From an uncultured archaeon (GTDB lineage: Archaea > Asgardarchaeota > Thorarchaeia > Thorarchaeales > Thorarchaeaceae), in assembly GCA_964458565.1 (NCBI GenBank), contig CAYWJO010000001.1, positions 160,001 to 224,000 on the forward strand: DNA of 64,000 bases. The letters run 5' to 3'. The translations under genes and the position numbers were made by a program. The notes beneath the pieces are model-generated. The model ran no database searches and was not told the DNA's origin. It was given only the letters and a program-made list of their open reading frames with translations. This document shows, piece by piece, positions 59,796 to 64,000 of the stretch. Position 1 is the stretch's first letter. Every line of letters begins with the position of its first letter.

Positions 59796-60457
59796 CCCAT
59801 AGGTTTCGTGCACATGGGTCCGTCATTACGAGGATTATTGACATAGGTGGAAACCTCAAAAGCTTCAAGAGAGTTGTCAGTGGAAGGAACAAGTAAAGAT
59901 TGAAGCACATCTATATTATCAATTGAGGGGTCTAACCACGTTTTCTCATCTTCAGCACGAAGAATGACTGGCATCCTATTATGAATAGGTTTCATCATAT
60001 CGTTGGGAGTTGTTGTCACAATGGAGCAACTAAGGATAATAGTATCGGAAGGAGACTTCCAATGACTGTAAATTCCTCCGAAAGCAAAGGGTATGTTAGT
60101 TTCCATTCGAATATGCATTGGTACTTTCTTATCTTCTCCACTCATCCACTCGTAGAAGCCGGTAGTTGGAATCAAGCATCGCTTCTTCAAAAAGGCATGT
60201 TTGTATATACGCTTTTCAGCTATTGTTTCGGCCCGAGCGTTAATCATCTTATTTCCTATTTTCATATCTTTAGCCCAGAATGGTATGAACCCCCATCGCA
60301 TTCCTACAAGTTTTATGATGGGATCTTTAACAATTACTGCAATTTTCTGTGTAGGAGCAATATTGTATCGGGGAGTTACGCCAAATTCAAACTCCTCAAT
60401 ACCGAAACGTTCTCTGAGAAGTTCTTGATGAGCTAATAAAGAGAAGCGGCCGCACAT
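59792..60457 (-). CDS. SRAP/HMCES (YedK) abasic-site protection protein
   Basis: MCGRF, RYNIAP, WG, NARAET, GFYEW, HNRMP. Confidence 0.93.
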   Translation of the reverse strand: MCGRFSLLAHQELLRERFGIEEFEFGVTPRYNIAPTQKIAVIVKDPIIKLVGMRWGFIPFWAKDMKIGNKMINARAETIAEKRIYKHAFLKKRCLIPTTGFYEWMSGEDKKVPMHIRMETNIPFAFGGIYSHWKSPSDTIILSCSIVTTTPNDMMKPIHNRMPVILRAEDEKTWLDPSIDNIDVLQSLLVPSTDNSLEAFEVSTYVNNPRNDGPMCTKPMG

Positions 60458-60544
60458 AATCTACAATCTATTTCTAGAAGTAAAAAACTTGAGATAGGGG
60501 TTGCTATTATGCTATATACAGATAGAAAATAGAGGATAGTATCA

Positions 60545-61366
60545 TTGAGTTCTATGCGAGAAGGGGTTTTCATTGGAACTTGCGGCTGGTCATATCAGGA
60601 ATGGCGAGGAATGCTCTACTCCTCTACAAAGAATCTCCTAGAACAGTACCTCAACTATTTTGATACCGCAGAAATCAATACTACATTCTACGGAACGCTA
60701 GGATATGCGTCAATTGAGAAATTCAAACGCCTTCTAAGGAAAGGCCAATTTTATTCTGCTAAGATGCCACACCAGATAACGCATGTCCATAAGTTGAATA
60801 TGAACTCAGATGCGAGAATTATCCTATTTGATTTCCTGGAAAAGGCAAAGCCAATGTTACCAGATCTAAAAGTAATTCTGCTACAATTACCACCTTGGGA
60901 TATTGAGAAATTCGGAGATCTTGAATCAATTCTAGCATTGTTAGATGATGATTTTCGCTATGCGGTGGAATTCAGACATCACAGCTGGCTATCAGATAGA
61001 GTGTATAGGTTGTTGGAAGATTACAATGCGGCATATGTAATTGTAGATGAACCTGTACTACCCATTGACCTACGCATAACTACTGATTTCACATACATTC
61101 GTTGGCATGGACATGGTACAAATCCTTGGTACAATTGGAGATACTCCGATCAATCACTAAAGGAGTGGAAAACCAGACTCGAGATGATACATGATAGAGT
61201 AGGCACCATTTTGGGCTATTTCAACAATCACTTTTTTGGATATGGCCCAACAAATGCGCTTCAAATTCTAGACAAGCTCAATCTAACAACAATCCAACAG
61301 AAAGAGAAACTCGAGAGAATGCTGCAACAACTTGATATTGAACAGACATCATTGGATGAGTTCTGA
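60545..61366 (+). CDS. DUF72 (YecE-like) protein
   Basis: GTCGWSY, EINTTFY, LQLPP, EFRH.SW, YIRWHG, YFNN. Confidence 0.9.
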   Translation: MSSMREGVFIGTCGWSYQEWRGMLYSSTKNLLEQYLNYFDTAEINTTFYGTLGYASIEKFKRLLRKGQFYSAKMPHQITHVHKLNMNSDARIILFDFLEKAKPMLPDLKVILLQLPPWDIEKFGDLESILALLDDDFRYAVEFRHHSWLSDRVYRLLEDYNAAYVIVDEPVLPIDLRITTDFTYIRWHGHGTNPWYNWRYSDQSLKEWKTRLEMIHDRVGTILGYFNNHFFGYGPTNALQILDKLNLTTIQQKEKLERMLQQLDIEQTSLDEF

Positions 61367-61379
61367 TTGATTACACTTA

Positions 61380-62216
61380 TTGGAAACAAGAATGAAGTAC
61401 TTGAAGGGATTAATGGTGAATACAGGACTAAAAGATAGACATGTGGTGATAACAGGTGCGGCAGGTGGCATTGGGACAGAAATTGTCAAGCAGTTTCTTA
61501 GCGAGGAATGTCAAATTACAGCGGCTTATAATACATCTAAAGGTGAGCTTGAACATCTCAGTGAAAACTACTCTGAAAAGATAGCTCTCTGTAAAACAGA
61601 TGTGACAAAAGAAGTCGAGGTGAAAAATCTCTTTGCATTTGCAAATTCGAAGCACCAACGCGTTGACATTCTGGTATCTAATGCAGGGATAGCAAATCCA
61701 CTAGTCAATATTGAAGATATGACATTGAATCAATGGAATAAAACGATAACAACAAACCTTACAGGGGCATTCTTATGCTCAAAATATTTCTTTCAAAATT
61801 TGGAGAGGTATCCAGAAGATTATGCATCTCTGGTATTCATAGGTTCTACTGCGGGAGTATTTGGTGAGGCTGGATTCTGCGACTATGCTACCTCAAAAGC
61901 AGGAATGTTTGGACTTATGATGAGTCTGAAGAACGAGATTATTCGAATAGCGTCAAGAGGCCGTGTCAATATTGTAAATCCGGGTTGGACATTGACACCA
62001 ATGGCAGAGGAAATTGCTAAGGATGAAAATAAGATGAAACGGATTCTTCAAACAATCCCAATGAAGAAAATTGCAATACCGGAAGATATTGCATCAGTTG
62101 TGATGTTCTTATGTTCAGACAGATTGGCAGGTCATGTCAGTGGCCAGGCAATAACTGTAGCCGGTGGCATGGAGGGTCGTGTTCTCTACAGTAAGGATGA
62201 AATTTTCATGGAATAA
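61380..62216 (+). CDS. Short-chain dehydrogenase/reductase
   Basis: TGAAGGIG, NAG, YATSK, PGW. Confidence 0.9.
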   Translation: METRMKYLKGLMVNTGLKDRHVVITGAAGGIGTEIVKQFLSEECQITAAYNTSKGELEHLSENYSEKIALCKTDVTKEVEVKNLFAFANSKHQRVDILVSNAGIANPLVNIEDMTLNQWNKTITTNLTGAFLCSKYFFQNLERYPEDYASLVFIGSTAGVFGEAGFCDYATSKAGMFGLMMSLKNEIIRIASRGRVNIVNPGWTLTPMAEEIAKDENKMKRILQTIPMKKIAIPEDIASVVMFLCSDRLAGHVSGQAITVAGGMEGRVLYSKDEIFME

Positions 62217-62297
62217 CTTGCTACGATTAGTTAATGAGGAAAGTTTCCTATGCAAAACCAGAATAACAAAATTTGCTCATATTCGGAGGCGTTTTGA

Positions 62298-62816
62298 TTG
62301 ACCCTACTAAGTTTGAAAATTGCCCTAATAGGGAATGAAGGTGTAGGAAAAACTGAACTTACACCGTGGAATAGATCACCAATTGAGTATTCAGAAACTG
62401 TTGGTACCGACATTGCTCTTTACACTACAGTACTTCCAGGCACAGATATGAAAGTCAAGATGCAGATATGGGAGCTTAATACCAAGAGTCGGTTTGATCT
62501 GATTCGGGACACTCTGTGGACAGGTACAGCAGGTGTGATTCTCGTGTGGGATGTGACTGACAGAGCAAGCTTTGCTGCAGCTGACGACTGGTGGATAAAA
62601 CTGAGCTCCAGTATTGGAGGTGTTCCTGTACTCTGTGTTGCCAATAAGACAGATATTGTCAGTGAGCGTGAGGTCACAACAGAAGAGGGATTATCATATT
62701 GCAGCGAAAATGGGTTTGAGTATGTAGAAAGTAGTAAAGGAAATCGAGCTGATTTTGAACATGCATTAACAGATCTTGCAGTGAGAATTAAGGCATGGTT
62801 AGAAGAGAATAAGTGA
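62298..62816 (+). CDS. Rab/Ras-like small GTPase (eukaryotic signature protein) with atypical G3
   Basis: GNEGVGKT, TVG, WDVT..SF, NKTD; GGAGG RBS. Confidence 0.85.
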   Translation: MTLLSLKIALIGNEGVGKTELTPWNRSPIEYSETVGTDIALYTTVLPGTDMKVKMQIWELNTKSRFDLIRDTLWTGTAGVILVWDVTDRASFAAADDWWIKLSSSIGGVPVLCVANKTDIVSEREVTTEEGLSYCSENGFEYVESSKGNRADFEHALTDLAVRIKAWLEENK

Positions 62817-62834
62817 GCTTCACGATGTGATCCG

Positions 62835-63596
62835 ATGACTGCCTTTGATAATCTTGCAATTGCATACGATGGTGCTATAGAGTGGGAAGACCGGCTCAAG
62901 AGGGAGATTCCATTTCTCTTGAATTGTATCTACAAAGCTGATGCCAAAGTCCTGGATATGGCATGTGGAAGTGGTAGGCATGCAATCTCTTTGGCGGAAA
63001 ACGGATGCGAAGTTACTGCATTTGATAACAGCGAAGTAATGATAGACCGAGCGAAGGCAATTGCAAATGAAATGAATGTTCAGGTTGAGTTCATTGTTGC
63101 AGAGATGAATGATATGGACAAAGCTGTAAATGGTAAATTCGATCTGATCTATTGTGTTGGCAATTCGCTTTCATTACTCAATGACCAAATTGAACTGAGT
63201 AGAGTAATATCGCTAGTTCATTCATTCTTAACTAAGGGAGGAACATTCGTTTTTCAGGTTCTAAATTTTGAAGAAATCATAGGAACAGGGTTCAGGTTTA
63301 TGCCCCCGAAATCGGGTAGACTTGAATCCGGTCAAGAGGTGATTTTTAGTCGTTTCTTTGACCATGAACTAGGTAAAACCCATAGTAATCTTGTTATGAG
63401 TAGTTTTACAAAGAATGGGATTAGATGGATTCCAGAAGTATCAACACAGAGAATATTCAGACTAAGCCTTACTATTATACAAGAGACCCTGCAACATTGC
63501 GGATTCAAGGATTTCATTGTGTTCTCAGATTATTCAGGAAACGATTTTGTTCGATCACTTCATAGGAATATGATTTTTAAAATAAGAAAAAAATAA
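62835..63596 (+). CDS. Class I SAM-dependent methyltransferase
   Basis: VLDMACGSG, D.S..MI, CVGNS. Confidence 0.85.
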   Translation: MTAFDNLAIAYDGAIEWEDRLKREIPFLLNCIYKADAKVLDMACGSGRHAISLAENGCEVTAFDNSEVMIDRAKAIANEMNVQVEFIVAEMNDMDKAVNGKFDLIYCVGNSLSLLNDQIELSRVISLVHSFLTKGGTFVFQVLNFEEIIGTGFRFMPPKSGRLESGQEVIFSRFFDHELGKTHSNLVMSSFTKNGIRWIPEVSTQRIFRLSLTIIQETLQHCGFKDFIVFSDYSGNDFVRSLHRNMIFKIRKK

Positions 63597-63628
63597 GTAT
63601 GTCAGGGCGGAAAATTTCCAACCCTGAC
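63590..63628. terminator. Hairpin between convergent genes
   Basis: GTCAGGG...CCCTGAC with an A-run on its left side. Confidence 0.5.
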
Positions 63629-63649
63629 TGAGTTAGAGAGAATATACAG

Positions 63650-64000
63650 CTACTCTGGTTTCGCTAAACTCCTGATTCCAGAATATGCAAGAGTCATACC
63701 TATGAGTGACATGACCCCAACGCCTAAGAAACCAACAGCCATCATCACATTTCCTTCACCTACTAATCCACTAAGCATGGTAAAGAAATCAATGCGAAAG
63801 ACTATGTCTAGTAGTATCATCACAATGAACAAAGCCATTGAAGCAAACTGTGCAATCAGCATTGCTGACATTATATTGGCTTGATGTGCTGGTGACTTAC
63901 TATCTTCATATGCTGGATTTCTCGCAGTTATACCAACAGCAACCATCGCAGCACCACACTCAGCGATATACCCAAAGACGAACAGTAGAAGAAAGTTGGA
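63650..64000 (-). CDS. Membrane protein, 3' part only (start outside window)
   Basis: Hydrophobic ORF open to the window end. Confidence 0.55.
   Translation of the reverse strand, partial: SNFLLLFVFGYIAECGAAMVAVGITARNPAYEDSKSPAHQANIMSAMLIAQFASMALFIVMILLDIVFRIDFFTMLSGLVGEGNVMMAVGFLGVGVMSLIGMTLAYSGIRSLAKPE

Overview
Gene-dense, AT-rich archaeal chromosome segment, most consistent with an Asgard archaeon, probably Thorarchaeia. This is inferred from gene content: HdrBC, a four-subunit Kor, a group 3b NiFe hydrogenase, AOR, a TAT-less reductive dehalogenase, an LRR protein and a Rab/Ras-like small GTPase. No rRNA, tRNA, CRISPR array or transposase was recognised. The main finding is that the S-adenosylhomocysteine hydrolase gene (ahcY) is split by a 31-nt insert (27509-27539). 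The insert and its flanks fold into an almost canonical bulge-helix-bulge (BHB) motif. Cutting at the standard archaeal splicing-endonuclease positions restores the reading frame and the conserved GHPSEVMD motif, so this is a candidate tRNA-type intron in an mRNA. The same locus has a divergent tandem-Lrp regulator, a structured ~250-nt intergenic region, and a second, synonymously diverged copy of the last 26 ahcY codons (stop included), suggesting allele replacement by recombination. Other points of interest: a kinase/aldolase/AOR/CoA-ligase/dehydratase/SCP2 catabolic cluster, a zinc-finger-NYN (Regnase-like) RNase, a G3-degenerate small GTPase, an in-frame TAG in a DUF998-like gene, and an unannotated 55-aa Cys/His metal-binding protein. 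All functional calls come from motif recognition; no database searches were run.
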